A stretch of 64,000 nt of DNA. Origin: Octopus bimaculoides (lineage: Eukaryota). The notes under the pieces were generated by a model, which ran no database searches, had not been told where the DNA came from, and saw only the letters and a list, made by a program, of their open reading frames with translations. The stretch spans positions 117,183,888 to 117,247,887 of the forward strand of contig NC_068982.1 of the NCBI RefSeq assembly GCF_001194135.2, read 5' to 3'. The position numbers and the translations under genes were made by a program. This document shows, in pieces, positions 1 through 10,730 of this stretch; positions within the stretch are counted from its first letter, which is position 1; every line of letters begins with the position of its first letter.

Positions 1-255
1 GGATATGGGCAGTTCCCATGAGCACTATCTTTTGGACTTCAGCCATTTTGGGGTTTCCTGGTATCTGAGCTAGGTAGTAATCAGCCCGTTTCGCTGTCAT
101 TCCCAGGGCACCTATGACAATAGGTATTGTTTTCGTCTTCAGATTCCACATTTTGCTAATTTCTATTTCAAGATCTTTATATTTGCTCAGTTTTTGGTAG
201 GTCTTGACAGATACGTTTATATCAATTGGGACAGTCATATCAATGAGGAGGCATG

Positions 256-256
<1 letters not shown>
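1..256 (-). mobile_element. R4/Dong-like non-LTR retrotransposon, family A, 5'-truncated RLE C-terminal fragment (3' end outside window)
   Basis: Reverse complement is near-identical to 53230-53456 and encodes ...CLLIDMTVPIDINVSVKTYQKLSKYKDLEIEISKMWNLKTKTIPIVIGALG (RLE D...K region). The 5' junction sits on the microsatellite at 257-310. Confidence 0.9.
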
Positions 257-288
<32 letters not shown>

Positions 289-310
289 CATTATTATTAT
301 TATCATTATC

Positions 311-2830
311 TTGGGCTGCTATAACAAACTGATCCGTTTCTGATTTTAAGCCAGAAGATACAAACCGCTGATGGATAAGGGCTTTGTCAACATCGGCATT
401 ATTAGCTCTCTTTGGGTATTTACCATTGGGAGGTTTTTCTTGCCATTTATCAGTAAGAATATTTAAAAAGCTCTTTTTCGCGGGTTTTTATACGCTTAGC
501 TTTTTCTGTGGTTCTTTCTAGTACGTCTAATTCTGGGATTTTTTGTATTTGGAATTCATTTAGATTTTTGTTTGCCTCTTTTGTTACTGAGTATATCGTT
601 TTCTTTTTTCCATACTTTAAGGCAAGTATTAACATCCAGTCATCAGAGTTTTTCAGGTAGGTATTTAGGCCAATTGTGGTAATCTTCATTGTTAATCCCA
701 GTTGTAAAAGTCCACGGCCTTCCCTCTTTTCTTAGCAGGTAAAGTCGTTCTATATTTGCCTTAGATTGGTGCATTCTATGCATTGTCAATAATTTTCGTA
801 TTTTTCTGCCAAGATTACATATTTAAATAAATTATCAGTTAACGATATTGAAACTGTAAGTCACGACCGTTATGGCTGAATTATTGATCACTTCAATCAT
901 ACTTCTTGCATTCAGCTCTGTCTTGAGTATTGCTCTTACCCTGCGATGACACTCTTTTCTGATCCTTTCCCTCATCGTTGAATGTTTGATTCCATCACAT
1001 TCAGATACCACTAGGTATTAATAGCTCTCCGCTGGTTTTGACTCCTCTATGACATTCTGTTGGTCAAGATTAACGTTGGATGTTTCTATCATTTTTCCTT
1101 TGATAAAGGTAGCTTTCGCACATTTATCGAGACCACGTTGTATCCTGATGTCATCACTGAAGTGTTTAACAATTTCTAGTAATCCCTGTAGTTGTTGGTC
1201 AATTTTTGCAAAAGCTTTATATCATCCATGTAAATTAGCTGATTTATATTTTTATCAAATATTTTATAGCCATGTTGTATATCATTGAGCAATTTCGAGA
1301 GATGTATTAATGCTAGACAAAAGAAGAGTGGTGATAGTCACCCTGGAAAATGCCACATAAAATTCTTACATCTCCAGCATTGAGAAACACATTGTCACTG
1401 TTCAAACTTAGTGTGGTTCTCAATATCATACTTACAGAGAGGAAGTTTCACAGAGTAGGTGCTATTTTATACATTTTCAGACATTTCTTAAGCCAGCTAT
1501 ATGGCAGAATCTCAAAAGGTTTTTATAATGTATCCAAAACATTTTGTGTCGTTTGTGACAATCTTCCAAGATCATCTTATTGATAAGTAGCTTATCTTTA
1601 CAACCATAGGACCACGTTTACATGTTTTTTTCTCATTAGGGAATAGGCCACTTTCAATTAAGACAGATGTTAATATTTTATACATTATTGTTAAGTAGGT
1701 TAAGGGTCTATAAATTTTCAAATCATTTGTTTCTTCATTTTTTGGAAGTAGGAATTTTACACCATTAACTAGCTAAGTAGGAATCATGCTAGGTTGTTGC
1801 AAAACGTCATTAGCAATTCATGACTCTCTGGGAAGGCATTCAACCAAAAGTTAGGAATTTCATCTTTACCTGGAGACTTCCATTTGCTTGAATTCCTGCG
1901 ACCAGATCTTACATCCTCTACCTTGATACCCACCCACTTTTGCTATCCTAAGAAGTCTAATCCAGTAGATATTCTGTAAATCCGAGTTGCCTTTTGTGTG
2001 TTTTTCTTCTGCCAAATTGTATCCCCAAATTCCTGCATTTCTTCTTTTGATGGGATTGACTTTACTATAACTGGTAATTTCCTCATCTTCCTGTAAACAT
2101 TTTTTGGGTTACTTTTTAACATGTTGTCCTTGAAGAATTTAACGCGCTTTTTATACTGTGTTATGCGAGCAGCTTTAGCAAATGCATTTTGTTTGATAGT
2201 TTCTATGTTGGTATCGAAGACAAGTATGGTTTTCATGTTATACTTTTAATTTGTTTTAAGATTTTTGTTTGTCTTGTCAAACTTGAGATTTCTTAAACAT
2301 TCTGTGAGACTTAAGCAGCTGAATGTGTTGTGCAATACGCTCTTGCCAAGTAGGCATTTTGTTGGAATGTTGCCGTTTTGTAATCTTTTCCCCACATATA
2401 ATTGTTGAGATCTTCACGGATGCATAGCAGAAGTGGTTGAGATCTGTAACATCGACATTATTAGCTGAAATTCTATCCTTAAGTGCATGGCAGATTTTAT
2501 CAATTACTTTTATGTTTTGTTTAAAGTTGCGAATTTTTAGGAGAGTTTCACGTTCATTCATACTGACTTCTTTAACTTTCAGCCATTCAGTCATGATTTG
2601 ATTATTTAGCTCATCTAATTCAGTTGGTTTAATTTCTGTGTGACTTTCTTCATCTGTTTAATTTACATCTGCCTTGGTGTTTATTGTTGGTTCAGAGAGT
2701 ATTTCACATTGCTTACCAGTTACATTGACTCTTTCTATCATTACTGAATTTACATCAGACATGGGTTGGTCTATAGATATTTCCTCAGTAGTATATCTTC
2801 TTTAGCTACAACTTCGTTCCTTTTATCCCT
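311..2830 (-). mobile_element. Degraded R4/Dong-like LINE (family F) with reverse transcriptase domain, many stops and frameshifts
   Basis: Minus-strand motifs GIFQGD (~1340-1360), LIYMDDIKL (YMDD at 1221-1232) and KWQEKP-NGKY...SSGLKSET...IAAQD (311-450). ORF-track pieces 450-689, 1943-2236 and 2277-2594 are parts of it. Confidence 0.88.
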
Positions 2831-2924
2831 TACTGATTGTTTAATATGGTCAAACCCATTCCACCGGTGTTATTAGATTAGATTTCTTTATGTATGGAGA
2901 GCCCCGTATAGAATATCCATGTGG

Positions 2925-3064
2925 TTGTTGTTGTTATCATCCTCCTCCAACACCTCCTGCTCCTGCTGCTCCTGCTGCCCTTGCTGCTCCTCCTGCTCCT
3001 GCTCCTCCTCCCTCTCCTCCTCCCTCTCCTCCTCCTCCTCATCATCATCACCATCATCATCATC
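2925..3064. repeat. Compound trinucleotide repeat (GTT/CAT/CCT/GCT/CAT)
   Basis: Direct reading. It explains the poly-P/poly-H/poly-E ORFs at 2878-3103. Confidence 0.9.
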
Positions 3065-3280
3065 AAGGCTGTGAGCTGGTAGAATCGTGAGCACGCCGAG
3101 CAATATGCTTAGAGGCTTTTCATCCGTCCTTAGGTTCTAAGTTCAAATTTCGCCGAAGTGGACTTTGCCTTTCATTCATCATTTCGGAGTCGATAAATTA
3201 TTTACCATTGAAACGCTGGGATCGATGTAAACGACTAATACCTTCCCTCAGGAATGTCAGGCCTCGTGCCAATAATAGAA

Positions 3281-3281
<1 letters not shown>
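3065..3281 (+). mobile_element. tRNA-derived SINE (family S1, head AAGGCGGTGAGCTGGCAGAATCG-like) with (ATT)n tail
   Basis: A-box-like TGGTAGAATCG and B-box AGTTCAAATT. Homologous copies at 4869, 6545, 19855, 39809, 42964 and 60598. Confidence 0.8.
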
Positions 3282-3352
<71 letters not shown>

Positions 3353-3367
3353 GTTGTTGTTGTTGTT

Positions 3368-3615
3368 TTACTTCTCAGAAAGGTTCCGCCTTGTTTGGTT
3401 TGGTAGATTCTGTAAGAACGAACAGCGGCTTGCTGTCAGAGATCTCACAGGTTCTCGCTTAGCACATTATTAACTTTGGTACTTGGTTGTTAATTATCGT
3501 AGGAGAAATTCAACATCCAAGTAATCTCAAATTCCGAGCTGTCCTGGGCAGAGCAGTTCTTTGAGCTTGCTGTGCTGTTGTCAATTCCGATTTCTTTGAC
3601 ATATTTCTCGCACTC
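3368..3615 (-). mobile_element. 3' end of an R4/Dong-like LINE (family H): ORF end plus 3' UTR with (CAA)n(TAA)n tail
   Basis: Minus strand reads ECEKYVKEIGIDN...TALPRTARNLRLLGC*, resembling the C-terminal ...QKTALLGTARILR motif. It runs directly into the microsatellite at 3281-3367. Confidence 0.7.
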
Positions 3616-3656
3616 TTCTTCTTCTTCTTCTTCTTCTTCTTCTTCTTCTTCTTCTT

Positions 3657-3739
<83 letters not shown>

Positions 3740-3758
3740 CGTCATCATTATAATCATC

Positions 3759-3811
<53 letters not shown>

Positions 3812-3813
3812 TA

Positions 3814-3855
<42 letters not shown>

Positions 3856-3892
3856 TAGTATTATTATTATTACTAATATTATTGTTATTATT
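3616..3892. repeat. Compound microsatellite (TTC)n(TTA)n(TCA)n(TTA)n
   Basis: Direct reading. Confidence 0.95.
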
Positions 3893-3893
3893 A

Positions 3894-4857
3894 CTAGTAC
3901 ATGACCCGTCAATAAGGATAAAATTTCAATTTAATTCAACTATTGTTTGAGAAATACACATAAGATATAATTTGGTAATATATTTACATATTCTTAGTTA
4001 TGCGAATATTTTACACAATCAGTAAAAATATAACAAAGAAATTATTAAGCAAATCTGTACTTTTTACATAGGCAGCATTTCAATATTATACTATTTCCGT
4101 GTAGACAACATTACGCGTAAGTCTTCTTAAATTTTTATTATGACGTCTACTTTTCCTGATCTGGTAAATTCTTTTTGAACAGCAAATATTTTAATATTCA
4201 CTGGATCCCCAACGCTACTAAGAGCGACATATAACTGGCCATGAGCAAATACAGGCGCAAGCATGTAAATGCCGCACTTAGAAAGGCCTTGTTCTTGAAT
4301 TTTGTTTATAGACATGCGAAAGCAGGTCTCACTAGAAATTGGCGTCTTTTCAAAGTAAAGGGCATATCGGTATCAGATGGTTGCAGAATAATTCGGGAAA
4401 TCAAAAGTGTGCGACCTGCATCAGCATCAGTTAATTTACTTGTGATTATATTGTCTGACACCTATAAAACTCTATATCGGGCGCCATTGCAGTGTCTATT
4501 TCTCTGATCCAAGTTTCTTAGCAACATTATAGGAACACCCGTTTTTAATTTGATAATGTGACCTGGCATGCTACTTATATTAAGAGAATTCAAGAATTCA
4601 GGCGGGTAGAGTGTACATTGTTGATCTTCTGCAACGGAATCAATACACCTCAGAGTATATGTCTCACTTGGAAATTTCTGAATTATGTGGTTATTTAGAT
4701 TGTCAACTTCTTCATTCTTTGCTGTTAATTTTGCTCGTGATGTCTTTCTTTCCGTCTTTCTTTCACTTTCTTTCTATATCATTCACCTCTTTCCCCCTAT
4801 CTAATTAATGATGGCTTCGAACAGACGGACGGACGCAGCTGTTTTTATAGTATAAGA
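3894..4857 (-). mobile_element. Non-autonomous Helitron with both termini and a PIF1-like helicase C-terminal fragment
   Basis: 5' end A|TCTTATACTATAAAA at 4857 and 3' end GACGGGTCATGTA-CTAG|T at 3894. Internal translation YPPEFLNSLNISSMPGHIIKLKTGVPIMLLRNLD...CNGAR...RRQFLVRPAFA/MSINKIQEQ...PVFAHGQLYVALSSV (about 4130-4605) matches Helitron helicase motifs. Confidence 0.88.
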
Positions 4858-4868
4858 TTATTCTTATC

Positions 4869-5050
4869 AAAGTAGCGAGCTGGTAGAATCGTTAGCAGGC
4901 TAAGTGAAATGCTTAGGGGTGTTGCGTGCTTCTTTACCAATCATCCCTTCGGAGTCGATAAATTAAGTACCACTGAAAAACTGGGGTTGATGTAATCGAC
5001 TAGGTCCCCACCCAACAAATTTCAGGTCTTGTATCTTTAAAAGAAAGGAT
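4869..5050 (+). mobile_element. SINE family S1, internally deleted copy
   Basis: Head AAGTAGCGAGCTGGTAGAATCGTTAGC and core TTCGGAGTCGATAAATTAAGTACC shared with 3065-3281. Confidence 0.75.
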
Positions 5051-5088
5051 CATTATTAAGACAGCGTGCTACCAGAGTCGTTAGCATG

Positions 5089-5615
5089 CCATGATCTTTG
5101 ACAACTATATCTGGTCTATTTGCCTTAATGTCCCTATCTCTGTGTATTGGCATATCCCAGAGTATGGTTGCTTTTTCGTTTTCTGTGACCTTTTCTGGCG
5201 TGTGTTTATACCATCTTTTTTCTGTTGTTATTCCATAGTGTTGGCATAGCTTCCAGTGTATATACGTCCTAGCTTTGTCGTGTCTGTGAATATATTCCTT
5301 CTTAGCCAGGACTGGGCAGCCAGAGATAATATGATTTATTGTTTCTTGTCCACCTCCACATATTCTACAGTTACTTGTTATGTTTCTTTTCATTATATGT
5401 TTTTGGTAATTTCTAGTGGGGAGGCTTTGGTCTTGTGCAGCAATTAAAAATCCTTCAGTCTCTGTTTTGAGTCCTGAGCTTCTCAACCATTGCTGGGATT
5501 TTTCTCTGTCTATTTCTTTTGGATTTAGATTAGCCCAATATTTACCATGTAGGAGCTTTTCTTGCCATCGTTTTATCATGGTCCGTTGCTGTTCTAGTTT
5601 TAGCTTGGATTTCAT
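5089..5615 (-). mobile_element. R4/Dong-like LINE fragment (family G): CCHC knuckle and start of RLE, open frame
   Basis: ORF 5037-5615 contains CRICGGGQETINHIISGC (C-X2-C-X8-H-X4-C), RHDK, ILWDMPI and RPDIVVKD. It is cut at KDH by an opposite-strand S1 head fragment (5058-5090), and its 5' side abuts (TTC)n at 5616-5679. Confidence 0.92.
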
Positions 5616-6474
5616 TTCTTCTTCTTCTTCTTCTTCTTCTTCTTCTTCTTCTTCTTCTTCTTCTTCTTCTTCTTCTTCTNNNNNNNNNNNNNNNNNNNNN
5701 NNNNNNNNNNNNNNNNNNNNNNNNNNNNNNNNNNNNNNNNNNNNNNNNNNNNNNNNNNNNNNNNNNNNNNNNNNNNNNNNNNNNNNNNNNNNNNNNNNNN
5801 NNNNNNNNNNNNNNNNNNNNNNNNNNNNNNNNNNNNNNNNNNNNNNNNNNNNNNNNNNNNNNNNNNNNNNNNNNNNNNNNNNNNNNNNNNNNNNNNNNNN
5901 NNNNNNNNNNNNNNNNNNNNNNNNNNNNNNNNNNNNNNNNNNNNNNNNNNNNNNNNNNNNNNNNNNNNNNNNNNNNNNNNNNNNNNNNNNNNNNNNNNNN
6001 NNNNNNNNNNNNNNNNNNNNNNNNNNNNNNNNNNNNNNNNNNNNNNNNNNNNNNNNNNNNNNNNNNNNNNNNNNNNNNNNNNNNNNNNNNNNNNNNNNNN
6101 NNNNNNNNNNNNNNNNNNNNNNNNNNNNNNNNNNNNNNNNNNNNNNNNNNNNNNNNNNNNNNNNNNNNNNNNNNNNNNNNNNNNNNNNNNNNNNNNNNNN
6201 NNNNNNNNNNNNNNNNNNNNNNNNNNNNNNNNNNNNNNNNNNNNNNNNNNNNNNNNNNNNNNNNNNNNNNNNNNNNNNNNNNNNNNNNNNNNNNNNNNNN
6301 NNNNNNNNNNNNNNNNNNNNNAATATAGAAAGGATATAGGTAATTCCTTCTCCTTTCTATATTAACCAAAATGAAGTAAATTGACAAATTTATTTTTTGA
6401 ACCAGTTGAAGACACACGAGATGTCGAAATATCGTTCACTAGATAACAATGGCACTCTTCTTTTAATTTTGATC

Positions 6475-6544
<70 letters not shown>

Positions 6545-6546
<2 letters not shown>

Positions 6547-6693
6547 GGTAGCGAGTTCAAATTCCGCCGAGGTCGACTTTGCACTTCATCCGTCCGGGGT
6601 CGATAAAATAAGTACCAGTTGAGTATTGAGGTAGATGCATTTGACTTAACCGCTCCCCCGAAATTATTGGGATTGTGCCAACATTTGAAATCA
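6545..6693 (+). mobile_element. SINE family S1 with deletion between A- and B-box, following (ATT)n at 6475-6544
   Basis: AAGGTAGCGAG joined directly to TTCAAATTCCGCCGAGGTCGACTTTGC. Confidence 0.8.
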
Positions 6694-7443
6694 ACATTAT
6701 CATTATTGTTGTTGTTTTTGTTGTTCTTGTTATAATTAACAATAAAGAAGAAGTGTATGAACTTTCTTTCACCACATATCTGGCGAGAAAATCTCTTGAT
6801 TACTAAATGAAATTTATTCTATTCGCTGAAAATAGTATGAGCGTGTAAGTTTTGTTGCCATGATTATCATTAGTATTATTGGAAACGAGAGGTGTGAAGT
6901 AACGCTGACAATGACTTTATAGAAAGTAATAAATAATTAGAATTCTATAGAATTATTAAAACACTCGACCCCTCATGGAATCATTGTTTCATTTAGCTTA
7001 CAGCATACATAGATCTCTTTTATATAAAAGATAGAAGCGACTTATAGTATAGCCAAAGAACATTATACGGGAATTGTGTTGAATTGTTTGAGAGAATTAG
7101 TGCGAAAATACGCGAAGTAGAATATGAATGATGTGATATTAATAACTACGTTTGATTTAAAGGTGTAATAATTTTGTATGTTGTGGGTAGATAGTGTAGG
7201 TAATTTAATTAAACGCCCAGTTATACAGACACTCCACATAGCCTTGATCTCTTACTCATGTCCGTGTTCATGATAGATTACCACCCAAGTCTACCGAAAA
7301 AAGATGCACAAACTACATCGTTAGGTCACTTAGTGCAAAAGACCACGACTACAGGGCCGCTCACTGACTAAAACACTAAAACACAAAATACTCAATATAC
7401 ATGGCACTTCACATAACCTTGCTAGTAGGAACGTTGCAACAGA

Positions 7444-8311
7444 TATGAGGTGCATTCTAGAAGATTTGAAACTTTTTCAAGAGAGAATTTTTTTAAGTTC
7501 AAAGAAGCACAAAACTCTCCTTCAAAGTAGGAATCTCTGACATCAATGCACTTGTAATGGCGTTCAGCCAATTCCTGAGAGTGTATCAAGGACTCTTGAC
7601 AATACCTCATTCAGCTTCTCAATGTCTTCAAAATCAATTGACCCCGAAGCTCTTCAGCTTGCCCAAGCTGAAGAACAATCTTGGGGGCAATCACAGGGAA
7701 CAACGTTCGGGTTGCAGGGAGGCTGAGGAAAAGTTTGATGCCCATCTTTGTCAAGTAGTTGGTTACCAGGATAGAATTGTGAACTGGTGCATTGTCCTAG
7801 TGCAGGTGCTCTGGACTTTTTCGGAGAAATATGTCCCTCGATTCCTACAAAATCTCACGAAAGTACATTTTGTTGACCGTCTCACTAGGGGGAACTCAGT
7901 ATATGTAGATGATGCCCTAGCTATCAAAAATGGAATTATTATGAGTTTCCCAGTGGTCTTGCATTGCCTGGTTTCTTGTGCCAGTGAAAATGTTGCTCCA
8001 CTCATATACATTAATCTATAAGTAGACTGAACTTTTCTATAAGATTCTGTAACGTTTTTGCCCATTTTAACATAATTCTTCAAATTATTTTCACATCCCG
8101 AATGCATTCCACAGAATAGTCAGCTGGGACAAGCGGTTTTTAGCAGGGCGTGTTTAAAGTGGTCATCAGTTTCCTTCCAGTCCTGAATAACAAAAGTTGG
8201 CACATCAGCTTATTAGATGAGTAGTAATCATGTATGAACATTACAATGATCTAGAACAATTATGAGTGCCTCTTCTGAAAAAGTACCAAAACGTTTGGAA
8301 TGCACATAGTA
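7444..8311 (-). mobile_element. Internally deleted mariner (DD34D-type) element with degenerate TIRs and TA target duplication
   Basis: Left TATGAGGTGCATTCTAGAAGATTTGAAACTTTTTCA pairs with right TGAAAAAGTACCAAAACGTTTGGAATGCACATAGTA. Minus translation gives KMGKNVTESY (HTH) and DNAPVHNSILVTNYLTKMGIK (catalytic region). Confidence 0.85.
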
Positions 8312-8998
8312 TGTTAATCGACCGCTGGTGTAACATGTTCTTCAACACCTTACTTTTCCGATACAGCTATGCAGATGATATAAAGTATTCTCTTATGCAC
8401 GTCCTGTCTCTACTTTTGTATGCTGCAGTCTGGTGGCAGAAGTGCAATTAGTCATAAGATGCTTCGGTGAAGTGCGGCTGACGAAAAATTGTAGAAGGTT
8501 AAAGAAATGTAGGAATAAATCCTCATATACTCAGGATTCATCATTCTTACAGTAACAAGTAAAAGTGGTTGGGAAACGTAACTGGGCATTAGACAACACT
8601 AAGATTCATAGGGTATGGGGAAGAATGATCCTCATCAGAACACACTGTCGTAGATCAACCTAACAGAAAGCTTCCGACCCAAAAGACGAAATGATAGGAT
8701 CCATAGGCTGTTAGAATATTCAGAATATTCTTATAGCAGGGATATAACGCGATTGACTACCTCGAAATTACCATGTAAAGGAGAACGTTAATGCGTGGCA
8801 CAAAATAGTTAATTTCCACTAGATAAGGCTCAATGGAAGGTTTACTTATGGTTACTAAGTACACACACAATATATACTTAGGGGATCTCTTCATCATTTT
8901 TGAACTGAGGGTTATAAAGTAATATTTGAAAGAATGAGAGGATATTCTTAAGGTGGAATAGGACTCAGAGAACAGGTTTGATAATAGAATGATTGAGA

Positions 8999-9000
<2 letters not shown>

Positions 9001-9076
<76 letters not shown>
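9001..9076. repeat. (GT)n(GA)n microsatellite
   Basis: Direct reading. Confidence 0.95.
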
Positions 9077-9079
<3 letters not shown>

Positions 9080-9932
9080 GGATAGAAAGTGAGAGAGAGA
9101 GAAAGAGAAACGGACAGGGAGACAAATGCAGAGGCAGAGATAGAGAAAGAAATGGTGAGAGATTTTGATAAATTTGGTGAGCAGAAGAGATTACACCATT
9201 TGCCATGTTGGTTTGAAGTGATCAAAGGAGGCTTTCACTTGAAGTGCATGGAGCTCAATTTAATAGAGTGGCTTACAAAGCTTTACCATTTTACCACAGG
9301 TGTGTAATGTAGGTTTGAATGGAAAGCAATATAAAATGCTGGAAACTTTTCTGCAGTAGTAAGGAATATGTAGCCATTATGTTTAAAATATCCAAGTTAA
9401 GAAGGTTTCTTAGCGGTGGTAGAGAGCATTTCGGCATGAAATTTAAACAAACTGGTTTCAATCTGGGAAACGGAAGAGTATGGAAGTAGAGCAATGCATA
9501 CAAGCATCCTTATTGTAGCTTTCAATTCTATAGGTGATACAGTCGAAAATCTTTGCAGTTGGCACAGTCAAGTCGGGTGATATTCTCCACTTATTGTAGC
9601 TTGTGATATTTGCCCTTAATATCTTAGTGCACCCATGCATCAATAGTGTATAAAAGTTGGAGTTACTGACTTTAAGCGTGTGAATAGTGTAAGATGCATC
9701 CTTAATATGATAGTTTCTGTCACCAATTTGGCTGTCGTGAATGCAACGGGATAGAGATGTATTTGGTACCAAAAGATTTAATGGAAAAACCGCAGAATGT
9801 CAACGAGTGTACTCACTTGAAGTTATATAGAGCTTTCAAGTAAGGGATTTTCATGTATGTATGTATATATGCATGTATGCATGTATGTATGATTGCATGC
9901 TTGCATGCATGTATGTATATACATATATATAT

Positions 9933-10068
9933 TATTTGCATTTGACGGATATTTGTCCTCATCTTGTTTGTTGTTAACTCAACGTTTCGGCTGATATACC
10001 CTCCAGATTTCATCAGGTGTCTTGGGGAAATTTCGAACGTGCATTCTTATTCCTAAGGTATTTTTCGA

Positions 10069-10115
<47 letters not shown>

Positions 10116-10187
10116 TCACTGCCTGGAATCGAACTCAGAATCTTGGGATTAGTAGCCCGCGCTCTTAACCACTACGCCATATGCCGC
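9933..10187 (-). mobile_element. tRNA-derived SINE family H1: tRNA head, internal (AAT)n, body with hammerhead-like motif
   Basis: A-box TGGCGTAGTGG and B-box GAGTTCGATTCC. Head is homologous to 23250-23325 and body to 25126-25280. Confidence 0.85.
9976..10021 (-). ncRNA. Putative minimal type I hammerhead ribozyme (degenerate), family H1
   Basis: GACAC-CUGAUGA-AAUCUG-GAGGGUAUAU-CAGCC-GAAAC-GUU-GAGUU. The core CUGAUGA/GAAA/UH is intact, but stems I and II carry mismatches in this copy. Confidence 0.55.
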
Positions 10188-10504
10188 TAAATAATGCACA
10201 TAATTCCACATCTCTTAAATGTAGAACTGTATNNNNNNNNNNNNNNNNNNNNNNNNNNNNNNNNNNNNNNNNNNNNNNNNNNNNNNNNNNNNNNNNNNNN
10301 NNNNNNNNNNNNNNNNNNNNNNNNNNNNNNNNNNNNNNNNNNNNNNNNNNNNNNNNNNNNNNNNNNNNNNNNNNNNNNNNNNNNNNNNNNNNNNNNNNNN
10401 NNNNNNNNNNNNNNNNNNNNNNNNNNNATATATATATATATATATACACATATATATGCATGTATACAAAGATTTACTTTTCGTAATAAGATTAAAAACC
10501 AAAG

Positions 10505-10730
10505 CTGTGTATATTTTAGAACATTTATAAATAGAATGTCTTACAGCTGTTTCTAGGATATTCTTTATATCCCTTCATCGGAGACGGTGTGAAAGGATGG
10601 TTAAGCAATAGTTAATTTAGATAAGATAGGAAATAGAGAGTGAATGCAGGGATAGAGAGTGAATGCGAATCGAAACCGTGATCCTATGACCGCGAGTCCG
10701 CTGTCATAACCACTGGGCCATTGCACTCCA
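10505..10730 (-). mobile_element. tRNA-headed repeat family H2 with 3' hammerhead-like module
   Basis: A-box TGGCCCAGTGG and B-box GGTTTCGATTC (10665-10730). The 3' module is homologous to 21225-21330. Confidence 0.65.
10538..10585 (-). ncRNA. Putative minimal type I hammerhead ribozyme, family H2 (core U4->C)
   Basis: GUCU-CCGAUGA-A-GGGAUAU-AAAGA-AUAUCCU-A-GAAAC-AGCU-GUA-AGAC: 4 bp stem I, 7 bp stem II, palindromic stem III ACAGCUGU and GUA cleavage triplet. Confidence 0.6.

Noticed and set aside
2835-2915. Structured segment 5' of family F (hairpin with GGGGCUCUCC loop; UAACAC..GUGGA resembling part of a twister ribozyme)
   Set aside because: I could not fit a complete twister or HDV-like fold; the conserved L4/pseudoknot elements are absent.
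5416-6417. Long ORFs spanning N-runs (also 10165-10556, 13553-14484, 15831-16850, 22021-22613, 24361-25024, 48572-49198, 52053-54349, 59312-59734)
   Set aside because: They stay open only because N codons are not stops. The real parts are microsatellite or LINE fragments already listed.
10110-10187. tRNA gene (anticodon-loop-like CTACTAA, with A/B boxes); also 23250-23325 and 10665-10730
   Set aside because: There is no paired acceptor stem, and the sequences continue into repeat bodies. They are SINE heads, not tRNA genes.
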